IMG/VR virus record: IMGVR_UViG_3300036770_001877
Coordinates: 252-64,251 of that record
Origin: a virus
Taxonomy: Duplodnaviria; Caudoviricetes
Length of the DNA stretch: 64,000 bases
Reading direction: 5' to 3' (one strand)
In this document: piece after piece, positions 39,866 through 49,348 of the stretch
How the letters are laid out: each line of letters opens with the position of its first letter
Numbering within the stretch: the stretch's first letter is position 1
Notes under the pieces: generated by a model
Database searches by the model: none
The model's input: the letters and a program-made list of their open reading frames with translations, nothing else
Told to the model about the DNA's origin: nothing
Made by a program: the position numbers and the translations under genes

Positions 39866-39896
39866 AGGCGACGGCCAACGTGCTGGTCGTCGCCTC
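39866..39896 (+). other. Stem-loop between ssb and polA (terminator or processing hairpin)
   Basis: GAGGCGACGGCCA...TGGTCGTCGCCTC. Confidence 0.55.
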
Positions 39897-39916
39897 TAAA
39901 CTTAGGGGTCGCATAT

Positions 39917-41896
39917 ATGAACATAATTACTACACCTGACGCTCTTAATGAGATGGTGTCTCATTACTTAACTCAAGACGCTTTTGCTTTTGACGTGGAG
40001 ACTGTTGGTCCTAACAGAGGCATCACAGTATTAAATGAGGTTTTATGGATTACCTTCGCTACACACGGGAGATGCGATGTTATTCCTATGGGACACCCAA
40101 ACGGCGAGTTCATAGAGGAGATTTTTCCTTTAACAGGTCAGGGAGAGAAGCGCCAACAGCAGGGCCTTGTAGTACGACCCACTGATTATTCTCGGGATAA
40201 GAAGAAAGCCACAAAAGTATTTGGCCCACCTCCCGAGCAGTTATATCCTGGAGAAGTTTTCAAGGCTTTGGAGCCTTTGTTTTTCTCCACTGAGATTCTT
40301 AAGATAGGCCACAATTTGGTATTTGACTTAACTTCTGTAGCTAAATACTACAAGGGTCGAATTCCAGAGCCTCCTTATTTTGACACTATGGTTGTGTCTT
40401 TTATTGTTGATAACCGTAATAAAAACAAGTGCGGTTTAGATGATTGTTTAAAGCGCGAGTTTAATTATGAGATGGTTAAGGGCGTTGGTAAAGAGGTTGA
40501 AAAACACTCATTTGATGAGGTAGCAAAATACGCATATCTAGACGCCAAATACACTTTCTTGTTGTGGAAAGCTCTTCTTCCCAAAGTTGAGGCTGCAAAC
40601 TTACAGAAGGTAGTGGCTCTTGAGATGGATGTCTTGAGCGTTCTTTGCGACATGAAGCTAACGGGTGCTCTTATAGATGTAGATGAACTAGGCAGATTGA
40701 AAACAGCACTTGAGCAAGACCTTGAACGAACCAAGGCTGAGATATGGAAAACCGCTGGAAGAGAGTTCAATATAAACTCTAATACTGAGAAGCAGTGGCT
40801 TTTGTATAGCCCAAAGGATTCCGGAGGTCGAGGGTTAAAGCCAAAGCTTCTTACTACTAAAGGCTTAGAAAAGGACCGAGAGGGCAAAGAGTTACTTCTT
40901 ACGGATTACTCCACTTCATCAGAGGCACTAGAGCCCTATAGAAACAAGGACCCGTTTGTAACAGCCTTGCTTGAGTATGCTGATATCAACAAGTTATTGA
41001 CTACTTACGTAACCCCGTATCTAGGTGGTGAAGTTGTTAGGACAGTAGGCGGAAAGTCTCGTACTGAATACAAGGACAGCCTTTTAATTAAGGGGCGTAT
41101 CCACGCTGACTTTATCCAGCATGGTGCTGAAACTGGGAGGTTCTCAAGCCGTAATCCAAATCTGCAGAATGTTCCTTCCCCCCACACTGCTCATGGAAAA
41201 TCTATTAGAAATCTTTTTATAGCTCCTAAAGACCATACGCTCGTTGTTGCTGACTACAGCCAGATTGAGCCTAGAGTTATTGCTTCGTTTTCCAATGACC
41301 CGATTATGGTCAAGAACTATTTAGAGGGCTCAGATATCTATACAACCGTAGGAGAAACAGTCGGCGTAGACAGAAAAGCTGGAAAAGTTTTAGTCTTGTC
41401 TATGGCTTATGGAGTAGGTCCAGATAAGATTGCTAGGTCAATTGGTTGTTCAATAACAGCAGCTAAAGAATTACTCAATCGTTTTGGCGAGAGTTTCCCA
41501 GCGGTAGCTAGTTATAAGTCTAAGGTTCTAGGAGTTGCTAGACGAGGTAGGCCTCCTTTCGTAACGACCATAACAGGTCGTCGTAGGTATCTTCCCGAGA
41601 TGCTGTCAAAAGAACCAGGCCTTCGTGCAGCTGCAGAACGACAGGCTTTTAATACAAAGATTCAGGGCTCAGCCGCGGATATCATCAAGATAGCCATGGT
41701 GCGGGCGCACTCAATGGTTCCAAAAGAGGCTAAGATAATCCTCACAGTTCATGACGAATTGGTGGTCACAACCCCAGACCATTTGGTAGACGATACGGTC
41801 TCTAGATTACGAGAGGCTATGGAAGGAATCCAAGTGCTTCAAGTCCCGTTAGTGGCCGACATTACTACTGTTAAAAGATGGGGTGACGCTAAATGA
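39917..41896 (+). CDS. polA: DNA polymerase family A with 3'-5' exonuclease
   Basis: DVET, HNLVFD, YAYLD; TGRFSS.NPNLQN; DYSQIEPR; RQAFN..IQGSAAD; VHDE. Confidence 0.97.
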   Translation: MNIITTPDALNEMVSHYLTQDAFAFDVETVGPNRGITVLNEVLWITFATHGRCDVIPMGHPNGEFIEEIFPLTGQGEKRQQQGLVVRPTDYSRDKKKATKVFGPPPEQLYPGEVFKALEPLFFSTEILKIGHNLVFDLTSVAKYYKGRIPEPPYFDTMVVSFIVDNRNKNKCGLDDCLKREFNYEMVKGVGKEVEKHSFDEVAKYAYLDAKYTFLLWKALLPKVEAANLQKVVALEMDVLSVLCDMKLTGALIDVDELGRLKTALEQDLERTKAEIWKTAGREFNINSNTEKQWLLYSPKDSGGRGLKPKLLTTKGLEKDREGKELLLTDYSTSSEALEPYRNKDPFVTALLEYADINKLLTTYVTPYLGGEVVRTVGGKSRTEYKDSLLIKGRIHADFIQHGAETGRFSSRNPNLQNVPSPHTAHGKSIRNLFIAPKDHTLVVADYSQIEPRVIASFSNDPIMVKNYLEGSDIYTTVGETVGVDRKAGKVLVLSMAYGVGPDKIARSIGCSITAAKELLNRFGESFPAVASYKSKVLGVARRGRPPFVTTITGRRRYLPEMLSKEPGLRAAAERQAFNTKIQGSAADIIKIAMVRAHSMVPKEAKIILTVHDELVVTTPDHLVDDTVSRLREAMEGIQVLQVPLVADITTVKRWGDAK

Positions 41897-42342
41897 TTTG
41901 GCCTTTTAGAAAAAAAGATGAGTACAACTTAGAGATGGGTTCAGTGCCTTTGAGCACTCTTGTCAGATGGTATTTATATGATGCAGGTGTTGTAAATCCA
42001 AATAAAGCAGCTTCTTATTTTGAGATGACGCCCGTGTCTGAAGAGGGTTCAGAAAAAGAAGAAGCAGACAGCGCTAAAAGAATTGAAGCAGTTATTCCGT
42101 TGTTTCCATATTTAGCCGTGTTAGCAGAAGTAAACGCTAGAGTAATCTCTTCTCTACAAAAAGATGAATTAGTAGAGGCTGGAATGGACCCCAGCAAGTT
42201 AGAGAATGAGTTAGAAAGCATGAAAGAGTTTTATGAACAACTTGGCTTTACCGGTTTAATTACAGCTTTTAGTGCTGCAGCTGAACTCGGTTTAATCACC
42301 ATAACTGGTGAGTTCTCAGAAATACAAAACTTGGAGATATGA
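41893..42342 (+). CDS. Hypothetical protein
   Basis: ATGA-coupled ORF. Confidence 0.6.
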   Translation: MIWPFRKKDEYNLEMGSVPLSTLVRWYLYDAGVVNPNKAASYFEMTPVSEEGSEKEEADSAKRIEAVIPLFPYLAVLAEVNARVISSLQKDELVEAGMDPSKLENELESMKEFYEQLGFTGLITAFSAAAELGLITITGEFSEIQNLEI

Positions 42343-42343
42343 A

Positions 42344-42691
42344 ATGAGCGACTGGTGGACAAAAAAACTAACAAATCAAACCCCTCAACAACAGCCTTAC
42401 CAACCTACTCCTCCTGTTGTACAACCACCCCCAGCGACACATACCCCGAGTGGAAACAGGCTCCCACAAAGCGCTATGAACGCGTCACTATGTCCGAACT
42501 GTTCGAGCGGGAATTATGGGAAGAGTACCCCGGAAGCAAGAGCCCGGTGTTACGACTGCGGGTATCCAATACAACAGTCAGGGTCAGGAGCACCTGGAGT
42601 GAACGTACCGACCAGTGGTCCGGTACAGTCAGCTAAACAAGTTAGCACCTCTAGTTCTTTTAGTATGACTCCACAAGAGAAGCTGGGATGA
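42344..42691 (+). CDS. Zinc-ribbon protein
   Basis: CPNC...CYDCG; SD GGAG before ATG 42344. Confidence 0.65.
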   Translation: MSDWWTKKLTNQTPQQQPYQPTPPVVQPPPATHTPSGNRLPQSAMNASLCPNCSSGNYGKSTPEARARCYDCGYPIQQSGSGAPGVNVPTSGPVQSAKQVSTSSSFSMTPQEKLG

Positions 42692-42695
42692 CAAA

Positions 42696-43751
42696 ATGGG
42701 TTTAGATAAAATAAAAGCTTTAATAAATAAGAAGTACGGTGACGGCACTATGGTCATCGCTTCTGATGTCATACCGAGCGGACGCTTGCCGTCAGGTTCT
42801 TTGGCTTTGGATGTTATTTTAGGTGGCGGTTGGCCAACTAATAAATGGCATGAGATTGTTGGAGAAGCAAGCAATGGTAAGACAGCTTTAGCTTTAAAGA
42901 CTATTGCTGCTAATCAAAAGCGAGACCCTGAGTTCACAACTATGTGGGTTGCTGCTGAGCAGTGGGTTCCTGAGTATGCTGAGATGTGTGGAGTAGATTT
43001 AACTAGAGTCTATGTACTAAACACAAATGTTATGGAAATTGCTTTAAATACAGTCCTAGAAGTTGTAGAGGACAAAGAAATAGATTGTGTAGTTATTGAT
43101 TCGCTTCCCGCTTTGGTGCCTTCAGCTGAAGACGAGAAGATGATGGAAGAGTTTACAGTTGGTCGCGCAGCTATGCTTATGGCTAAGTTCTTCAGAAAGA
43201 TGGAGAAAGCCGGAAGCCGAAGCCTAACTAAAACTGAGCGCCCATTCATAGGCTTAATAATTAACCAGTATCGTATGAAGATTGGTGTTTCACAATATGC
43301 TGACCCCCGCACTACCCCAGGTGGCGAAGCTAAGAACTACTTTTTCTTTACTCGTGTAGAGGTCAGGCGAGATGAATGGATTGAAGTTGGTAAAGGTCAG
43401 GGGAAAAAAAGAATTGGTCAGACTATCAAGTTTCAGACTAAGAAGAATAAGACAGCTCCTCCGTCGCAGTCGGCTTTCGTTGACTTCTACTTCGCGGATG
43501 GAGGCCCTGTATCTAAGGGCGATTTTGATTTCGCAAAAGAAATTGTTGCTCTCGGATACCTATACAAGGTCATTGCAAGAGCGGGCTCGTACCTCAGGTA
43601 CGAAGGAAGACAATGGCACGGTGCCGACGCAATGTTAGATTCGTTGCGGGAAGAGATTGACCTTAAAGAAAAATTGGAGCGGGAGGTGCTAGACGTGGTC
43701 AAAACTGTAGGGACTTTAGGCGCCGACCCCATTGACATAGATGAGGAGTGA
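42696..43751 (+). CDS. recA: RecA-like recombinase
   Basis: 'SGSLALD..LGGG.P', GEASNGKT, VIDS, INQ.R.KIG, TPGG. Confidence 0.95.
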   Translation: MGLDKIKALINKKYGDGTMVIASDVIPSGRLPSGSLALDVILGGGWPTNKWHEIVGEASNGKTALALKTIAANQKRDPEFTTMWVAAEQWVPEYAEMCGVDLTRVYVLNTNVMEIALNTVLEVVEDKEIDCVVIDSLPALVPSAEDEKMMEEFTVGRAAMLMAKFFRKMEKAGSRSLTKTERPFIGLIINQYRMKIGVSQYADPRTTPGGEAKNYFFFTRVEVRRDEWIEVGKGQGKKRIGQTIKFQTKKNKTAPPSQSAFVDFYFADGGPVSKGDFDFAKEIVALGYLYKVIARAGSYLRYEGRQWHGADAMLDSLREEIDLKEKLEREVLDVVKTVGTLGADPIDIDEE

Positions 43752-44076
43752 AGGACAAAAGCGCTCAAGAGCCCACGAAGAACGACTTGCCCGTCTGGTT
43801 GGTGGTAGCCGAAACGCTGGCTCGGGTGCTTTTTGGTCACGTAAGGGTGATGTCAGGTCTGACGACCTACTCATCGAGCACAAATGGACAGGAAAAAAGT
43901 CCTTCACAATGAAGTCCAGCGTCCTAGAGAAGATAGTTGAGGAAGCTATCCTAGACGGCAGGACGCCTGTACTTGGTTTCAGTTTAAACAATGAGAACTA
44001 CATAGTATTGACTGAGGACGACTTTTTGGAAATGCGTGAGTATCTGTTAGACTTAGCCGGTACGGAGGAGAAGTAG
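43741..44076 (+). CDS. Holliday-junction-resolvase-like PD-(D/E)XK nuclease
   Basis: 'HE.RLA', 'SGA....KGDV', 'IEHK'. Confidence 0.75.
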   Translation: MRSEGQKRSRAHEERLARLVGGSRNAGSGAFWSRKGDVRSDDLLIEHKWTGKKSFTMKSSVLEKIVEEAILDGRTPVLGFSLNNENYIVLTEDDFLEMREYLLDLAGTEEK

Positions 44077-44099
44077 AGCCCTAATTAAGGAGCCCTACC

Positions 44100-44408
44100 C
44101 TGCCTGGTCAAGATGTAGATGACTGGCGTTATGCTGCGAAATGTCGCGGTATGGATACCGAACTTTGGTATCCGCCAAGAGATAAAGACTTATATAAATT
44201 AATAGCTGATAAAGCTAAAGCTGTTTGCTTTGGTAAAGATGGCAAGCCTGAGTGTCCAGTGCGCAAAGAATGTTTGTTGGAGGCTGACCGGATGGACGAA
44301 CCCCATGGAATATGGGGCGGGCTGTCCCATCGTGAGCGTAATGCTCTAAAAAGAAAAGCTGAAAAGAAAGGCCTGACGCTAGCTCAGTGGGTGAGCTTAG
44401 ACGACTGA
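44100..44408 (+). CDS. whiB: WhiB-family transcription factor (probable CTG start)
   Basis: W...AKC...D...W.P...AKAVC...CPVRKECL...GIWGGLS.RER; the first Cys lies upstream of the ORF-track ATG 44151; SD AAGGAG 7 nt before CTG 44100. Confidence 0.9.
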   Translation: MPGQDVDDWRYAAKCRGMDTELWYPPRDKDLYKLIADKAKAVCFGKDGKPECPVRKECLLEADRMDEPHGIWGGLSHRERNALKRKAEKKGLTLAQWVSLDD

Positions 44409-44439
44409 TGTGGTAAGTTCCTCCATGAGAGGAGAACCC

Positions 44440-45324
44440 ATGGCTATTCAAAAAGAGAAAAGAAGCTCTGCTATGTCTGCGTTCTTGAAGGCTAAGGATG
44501 ATTCAACAAGAGTATTAGGAAAAGTAGAGCGGTACGTGATGGCTCGTAAGCTATCCGTTCCGTCTGGAAGAAAAGATAACTGGATACACCCATCTCAGAT
44601 GGTGTCTAAGTATTGGTGCCACAGAGCATCGTTCTTTCATATATTAGGTAAAGAGCCCGCAAAACAACCTACTAATCTTTCTAGAGAACTGGTGTTTGAG
44701 CAGGGTCATAGGATTCACGATATTTGGCAAACCTGGTTCGGACAGATGGGTAACCTCTACGGACGTTGGGAATGCGAGCAGTTGATGTGCAAAAACAGTT
44801 GGTGGGATACGAGCCCTAGCAACTGCCCTATGTGTAAGGGGCCTTGGATTAAGTACAAAGAAGTCCCACTTGAAAGCAAGGAATATATGATTACCGGTCA
44901 TGCTGATGGCTGGTTAAAAGGTTTTGGTGACGACCTTTTATTAGAGGTTAAGTCAATTGGAGTTGGTAGTTTCAGATACTACTCAGGCAACCGTGGTTTT
45001 ACTGATGCTGATTTTGCAGACGCTTGGAAGAACTTAGACACTCCATTTGAGTCGCACATCTCACAGGCGCAGGTTTACATGAAGCTGTTGGAGATTATGG
45101 GAGTAGACAACCCACCACAAGAAGCTTTGTTTATCTATGAGTCCAAGGTCAACCAGGAAGTCAAAGAGTTTGTGATTCCTAAATCTAACTTTGGTATAAC
45201 TGAGCTTTTTGATGCAGCAAAGATGATTGTTGAGTGTTTGGAGAACAAGCGTCCTCCTATATGTAACATTTCTGGTCCTCAAGGGTGCAACAGCTGTAAG
45301 GAGTATTTCTACGATGAAGTCTAG
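44440..45324 (+). CDS. Cas4-like PD-(D/E)XK exonuclease
   Basis: HPS...C.R, G..IH, GHADG, LEVKS, Q...Y, C-terminal CxxC. Confidence 0.85.
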   Translation: MAIQKEKRSSAMSAFLKAKDDSTRVLGKVERYVMARKLSVPSGRKDNWIHPSQMVSKYWCHRASFFHILGKEPAKQPTNLSRELVFEQGHRIHDIWQTWFGQMGNLYGRWECEQLMCKNSWWDTSPSNCPMCKGPWIKYKEVPLESKEYMITGHADGWLKGFGDDLLLEVKSIGVGSFRYYSGNRGFTDADFADAWKNLDTPFESHISQAQVYMKLLEIMGVDNPPQEALFIYESKVNQEVKEFVIPKSNFGITELFDAAKMIVECLENKRPPICNISGPQGCNSCKEYFYDEV

Positions 45325-45814
45325 TTTGATTGTTGACTCCGCTAGTAATAACGCCATAGAGTCTTTAAACGCTCAGGGATTGCCCCTACCTTTAGACGCA
45401 GAGCTTGAGAAGCCAAGTATTCCTACTGATATTACTACTATCAGTGATGATGACTTGATGGAGCTTTACACAAAGTTTGTTGCTTACTCCGACTTTGTCA
45501 ACACCCAGCTTTCTTGTGCTTTGATTGACGAAAAAGATATAGAGCGTCGCATAGAGTTTGAAGAGGCTAAGGTGTTTTTAGAGTTGCACAGCGCCTCTAA
45601 ATCTAGCACCGTGACTTTAATAAAAGCACAGGTTGATGCTAATGAAGATATAGCAAGATTAAAAAGTGAATTGATGCAGAAGTACGCTTATAGAAAACTT
45701 ATAGAAACTATGGCTAACAACTATGACCGAGGCAGCGCTGTCTGCAGCCGTGAGTTAACTAGAAGAACTTCCAATGATAACTTTAAGACGAGGGCTAGAA
45801 AGTTTCAGATATGA
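45314..45814 (+). CDS. Coiled-coil protein, possibly a UvsY-like recombination mediator
   Basis: Helical sequence ending 'SRELTRR'; recombination context; inference. Confidence 0.5.
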   Translation: MKSSLIVDSASNNAIESLNAQGLPLPLDAELEKPSIPTDITTISDDDLMELYTKFVAYSDFVNTQLSCALIDEKDIERRIEFEEAKVFLELHSASKSSTVTLIKAQVDANEDIARLKSELMQKYAYRKLIETMANNYDRGSAVCSRELTRRTSNDNFKTRARKFQI

Positions 45815-46395
45815 GTGCGCCTTTAAAGTTTTACGATGGCGGTTTGGATAAATCCGCAAAGAGGTTAGCAATAGGTATAGACCAGTCTTACACTGGGTTT
45901 GCGTTTACTGCGTTAGACATAGACACAGGTAATTGGATGACCACCGTCAGCAAAGCGCCTGGCACCCACGTAGACAGGCTTTACTGGATTGGTAGAAATT
46001 TAGAAAATAGCTTGGTTACTTTATCTAAAGAAGCCGATGAGGTCTTAGTTGCAATGGAGGGGTATGCCTATGGAGCCCAGCTGGCTAACATGGCTGGAGA
46101 ACTCGGCGGTTTAGTAAAGCTGACTTGTTATATGTATTTAGACGGCTTCGAAGGCAAGTACCCGTACATAGTAGCTCCGACTACTTTGAAGAAGTATGTG
46201 ACAGGCAAAGGCACTGGTATCCAGAAGAACCAGATTTTGTTGCACGTGTACAAGAAGTGGGGAATTGAGTTTAACGATGATAATGCTGCTGATTCGTATG
46301 CTCTAGCCCATCTGATATCGGGTAGGGCTGAGTTAGCTTATGAGAAAGAAATATATGAAAAGATTCAAGACCCCAAATACAGAGAGAAGCCATGA
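45811..46395 (+). CDS. RuvC-like resolvase
   Basis: 'GIDQS.TG', 'MEGY', 'ELGG', 'PTTLKKYVTGKG', 'DN.ADS'. Confidence 0.88.
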   Translation: MSAPLKFYDGGLDKSAKRLAIGIDQSYTGFAFTALDIDTGNWMTTVSKAPGTHVDRLYWIGRNLENSLVTLSKEADEVLVAMEGYAYGAQLANMAGELGGLVKLTCYMYLDGFEGKYPYIVAPTTLKKYVTGKGTGIQKNQILLHVYKKWGIEFNDDNAADSYALAHLISGRAELAYEKEIYEKIQDPKYREKP

Positions 46396-46601
46396 CTTCA
46401 TGGAGAGAGCTCAAGCCTGATTACACAGGCTCGATGGACTATGAAGACCAGGTCCTGCATGAGTGCCCTATCTGTGAGTCCAACCTCTGGAACGTTAAAT
46501 GCTCATTTGACGACTACGAGATATCCTCCTATATCTTAGATATGGAGTGCGCCGTATGTGGGACCTTTGCTAAGGCCCCGACTCCTTTAGACCGCCCTTG
46601 A
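46392..46601 (+). CDS. Small zinc-finger protein
   Basis: CPIC...CAVCG. Confidence 0.7.
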   Translation: MTSWRELKPDYTGSMDYEDQVLHECPICESNLWNVKCSFDDYEISSYILDMECAVCGTFAKAPTPLDRP

Positions 46602-46658
46602 TACAGATTTGATATACCCTGTATACCACGGGAGCACTAAACGAACATAGAGGTAATA

Positions 46659-46940
46659 ATGTCTGAAGCACAAGAAGAGCAGATTCTGCGGGTAGGTGCG
46701 GGTAGCAATCCGCAATCCGTAGCATCAGCAATAGCTCACGCTATTTATGAAAATAACACCTGCAAGCTACGAGCTGTAGGAGCTGGGGCCGTGAACCAAG
46801 CCGTCAAGGCTATAGCGATAGCCCGAGGCTATACCGCCCCTAGAGGTATTGACCTGGCCTGTGTGCCTGGGTTTGCCTCAGTGGATAGCAATGGCGACAC
46901 CATTAGTGCCATTGTTTTTAGAATTAACGCAGTTTCCTGA
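46659..46940 (+). CDS. spoVS: SpoVS-family (Alba-like) protein
   Basis: 'LRV...SNP.SVA.AIA', 'AVGAGAVNQAVKAIAIARG..AP.G.DL...P.F', 'AI.F'. Confidence 0.93.
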   Translation: MSEAQEEQILRVGAGSNPQSVASAIAHAIYENNTCKLRAVGAGAVNQAVKAIAIARGYTAPRGIDLACVPGFASVDSNGDTISAIVFRINAVS

Positions 46941-46993
46941 TAGGTATTGCAATACCCTAGTAATACCAACTCTTAGGCCGAAGAGGACGATTA

Positions 46994-47335
46994 ATGAAAA
47001 CTGATTCAAAGAAGAACCCAAAGCCAATCGCGCCCGTTAGTGCGGGAACCGAGAACGCTTCTGGTCTCAAATTTACTTCGCCGACTGCATCACCCAAAGG
47101 CGGAAAGCTTATGAAGAAGAAGGGTGCCCAAGCTGGCGACCCTTACGCTCAGCCTGTTGGCAAGCGTGCTAATAAGAAAGCAACTTCTAAAGCAAGCTAC
47201 GGTGGCATCAAGACAATGATGTCAGCCACTATTGACCCAGCTGCTGGCTTAACTCAAGCAAATGGTCGGGTCATCTCACAAGCAGCACGTAAGCAAGCTC
47301 CGAACTTTAGTTCTGGCGCTGCTGACGTGATGTAA
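46994..47335 (+). CDS. Basic low-complexity protein
   Basis: SD GAGG; followed by a terminator. Confidence 0.65.
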   Translation: MKTDSKKNPKPIAPVSAGTENASGLKFTSPTASPKGGKLMKKKGAQAGDPYAQPVGKRANKKATSKASYGGIKTMMSATIDPAAGLTQANGRVISQAARKQAPNFSSGAADVM

Positions 47336-47348
47336 CAACTTAATAGCG

Positions 47349-47386
47349 AAGAAGCCCGCCACCCCCACCACCTCGGCGGGCTTCTT
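47349..47386 (+). terminator. Probable intrinsic terminator
   Basis: AAGAAGCCCGCC...GGCGGGCTTCTT. Confidence 0.7.
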
Positions 47387-47408
47387 GCATTTCTGTTAGT
47401 ATTTGCTC

Positions 47409-47792
47409 GTGGCTAACCTTTCTTCCTTCGATTTAGACTTTGGTTATGGCAAACAAGGCGAGCAATTAGTAGAGGATTTACTTACCGGCGGTAAGACCGT
47501 AGAAGTAAAGCGGGACCGCAAGTGGTATAAAACTAACAACTTATATATTGAAACCGAGTGTTATTTTGTTGGCAGAGGGGCGTGGGCTCCTAGCGGTTTA
47601 TCTGTGACTGAGGCAGCTTACTGGGCGTTTGTCATAGAGCAGAGCACATTCATAGTTCCAGTGGATGTCCTGAGATTTGCGGTCAAGGAGTTTGGCCGAG
47701 AGATAGAGTGCGAAATACCCCCTAACTTATCTAAGGGATACTTAATTACAGTAGAAAACTTACTGTCAGCAACACGACTTTGTAGAGAATAA
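47409..47792 (+). CDS. PD-(D/E)XK nuclease-like protein
   Basis: 'FD.D..YG..GE', 'VEVKRD', 'NLYIE', 'SG..VT.A.YW'; extended -10 TGnTAGTAT 6 nt before GTG 47409. Confidence 0.7.
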   Translation: MANLSSFDLDFGYGKQGEQLVEDLLTGGKTVEVKRDRKWYKTNNLYIETECYFVGRGAWAPSGLSVTEAAYWAFVIEQSTFIVPVDVLRFAVKEFGREIECEIPPNLSKGYLITVENLLSATRLCRE

Positions 47793-47819
47793 GCACTTAA
47801 ATAGACTTAAACTTGGTAT

Positions 47820-48347
47820 ATGCCAGGTACCCATCAAAACGTCCAAAGCCTTGGAGCATCCGGGCTTTATGGAACATACACCAATTACGGTGGCGGCGGT
47901 GTTCCTGTTGCTCGTTCTGAGCTCGACTATCTACGTATGGGTGTGGGTCGAGAGCCGTCCGCAGAATATCCAGATGGGTACCTCGGCACTATTCGTTCAC
48001 GCCGTGATGATAGAGGCCGTGCCAACGGAACTTCGGACCGAGTCCTTGACAAACTAAAGCAACGAGTAGGTCAGCGTTCATATCAACGAGGCGTGCACCG
48101 CGGAGAAAGAATTGACCCGTCAGATTATTATTATCCTTCAGGTCTTGAAAGAGAACGAGGAATTAGACGACAGATGGCTGCAGCACGACGCAACGTGCCA
48201 GCTGCGAGAAACGCACCTGTTGTTTCACTAGCTCCAGCTCCTCATCTAGTTAATGACGGCAAAGCCAACACTAAAGCTAATGCGCCGTATGAAGTAAATC
48301 AAAGAAGAGTTGACCAGATTTCACGACTAAAGCCGAATTGGAAATAA
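47820..48347 (+). CDS. Arg-rich hypothetical protein
   Basis: TAAACT 6 nt upstream of the ATG. Confidence 0.7.
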   Translation: MPGTHQNVQSLGASGLYGTYTNYGGGGVPVARSELDYLRMGVGREPSAEYPDGYLGTIRSRRDDRGRANGTSDRVLDKLKQRVGQRSYQRGVHRGERIDPSDYYYPSGLERERGIRRQMAAARRNVPAARNAPVVSLAPAPHLVNDGKANTKANAPYEVNQRRVDQISRLKPNWK

Positions 48348-48348
48348 C

Positions 48349-48549
48349 ATGCCCTTTTATAGAGTGGACTGCAACCTTTGCGAGATTAGCCCGACTCATC
48401 ACCAATCAGAGAGTTCTGAGGCAGCCAGCGCGTCTCACGCAAACATTAGACAACACAAAGAAGCTGAGGAGCGTTTTGGTGCCCTCATAAAATCTTTTGA
48501 GAAACCTCGCAGCAACGAGTTTACACACGGCAAAGACCACCATGCCTAA
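48349..48549 (+). CDS. Small protein with a C2H2-like motif
   Basis: CNLC...H....H. Confidence 0.55.
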   Translation: MPFYRVDCNLCEISPTHHQSESSEAASASHANIRQHKEAEERFGALIKSFEKPRSNEFTHGKDHHA

Positions 48550-48904
48550 TACACCAGATGGAGTATACGGCGAGCGCCCTTGGTCTACGAACAGACCTTG
48601 GTTAGCAGCTGGTAAAGCAGCGTACCCTCCACAAGCGTATATCGGTCCATTCGCAAGTAACCAAGAGCGTTTAGTAAGCCAGTCTTTGGAAGTCGCCAAC
48701 ATGACTGCCCAAGAAATCCAAGAGTATGTCCGACCACCCCTACCTCAGGTAGAGATGTTCCCAGCCAGATATGGGTATAAGACCACAGAGTTCAGCATTG
48801 AGGATATCGTTGAGCTAAATGGTAGGACTTACGAGAGAACTGACTACGCACAGCAGCCAAATACTACTGAGTCCACCAGTCGAAACACCCTAGGACAGGT
48901 ATAA
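48542..48904 (+). CDS. Hypothetical protein
   Basis: ATG 48542 overlapping the upstream gene end is preferred over the longer ORF-track start. Confidence 0.6.
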   Translation: MPNTPDGVYGERPWSTNRPWLAAGKAAYPPQAYIGPFASNQERLVSQSLEVANMTAQEIQEYVRPPLPQVEMFPARYGYKTTEFSIEDIVELNGRTYERTDYAQQPNTTESTSRNTLGQV

Positions 48905-48913
48905 AATAATATT

Positions 48914-49129
48914 ATGTCAATGCCACTTCAATATCTAGACCCAATGGGCGAGGGTATGCCGTACGTGCTTGACCCAACAACTGGAAAAAGCTTGTCTGTA
49001 TACAACGGGTCCGCACCGTGTGAAGTGTGCGGAAGCATGCTAAACCCAGTGCAGTCGTTGAACTCAACCCTTTGCGCAGGTTGCAATCGCAAGAAAGCAG
49101 CCGCACAAGTAGCAAACAGAATGGCATAG
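48914..49129 (+). CDS. Small zinc-finger protein
   Basis: CEVC...CAGC. Confidence 0.6.
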   Translation: MSMPLQYLDPMGEGMPYVLDPTTGKSLSVYNGSAPCEVCGSMLNPVQSLNSTLCAGCNRKKAAAQVANRMA

Positions 49130-49139
49130 AGAGGTAGAA

Positions 49140-49346
49140 ATGGCCGTAAATAACTCGCGTTCACAAAACGCGGACATGCTAGAGGGGGCTACTGACGGTA
49201 AATACCGTAAGCGTCGTCCCAACACAGCAGTAGCAGCAGGTATGGGAGACCAGACTGTAGTAGCTAACCGCGCTGACCTTCATCCTTATAACAACTGGGG
49301 CTTTGCAAATTCAGAAGCACCTAACAAGGTCAACCCAGGAGCATAA
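49140..49346 (+). CDS. Hypothetical protein
   Basis: SD GAGG; tight operon packing. Confidence 0.65.
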   Translation: MAVNNSRSQNADMLEGATDGKYRKRRPNTAVAAGMGDQTVVANRADLHPYNNWGFANSEAPNKVNPGA

Positions 49347-49348
49347 CG

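Noticed and set aside
44440-45324. Cas4-like gene as evidence of a CRISPR system
   Set aside because: No repeat-spacer array or other cas genes; stand-alone Cas4-like nucleases are common in phage recombination modules
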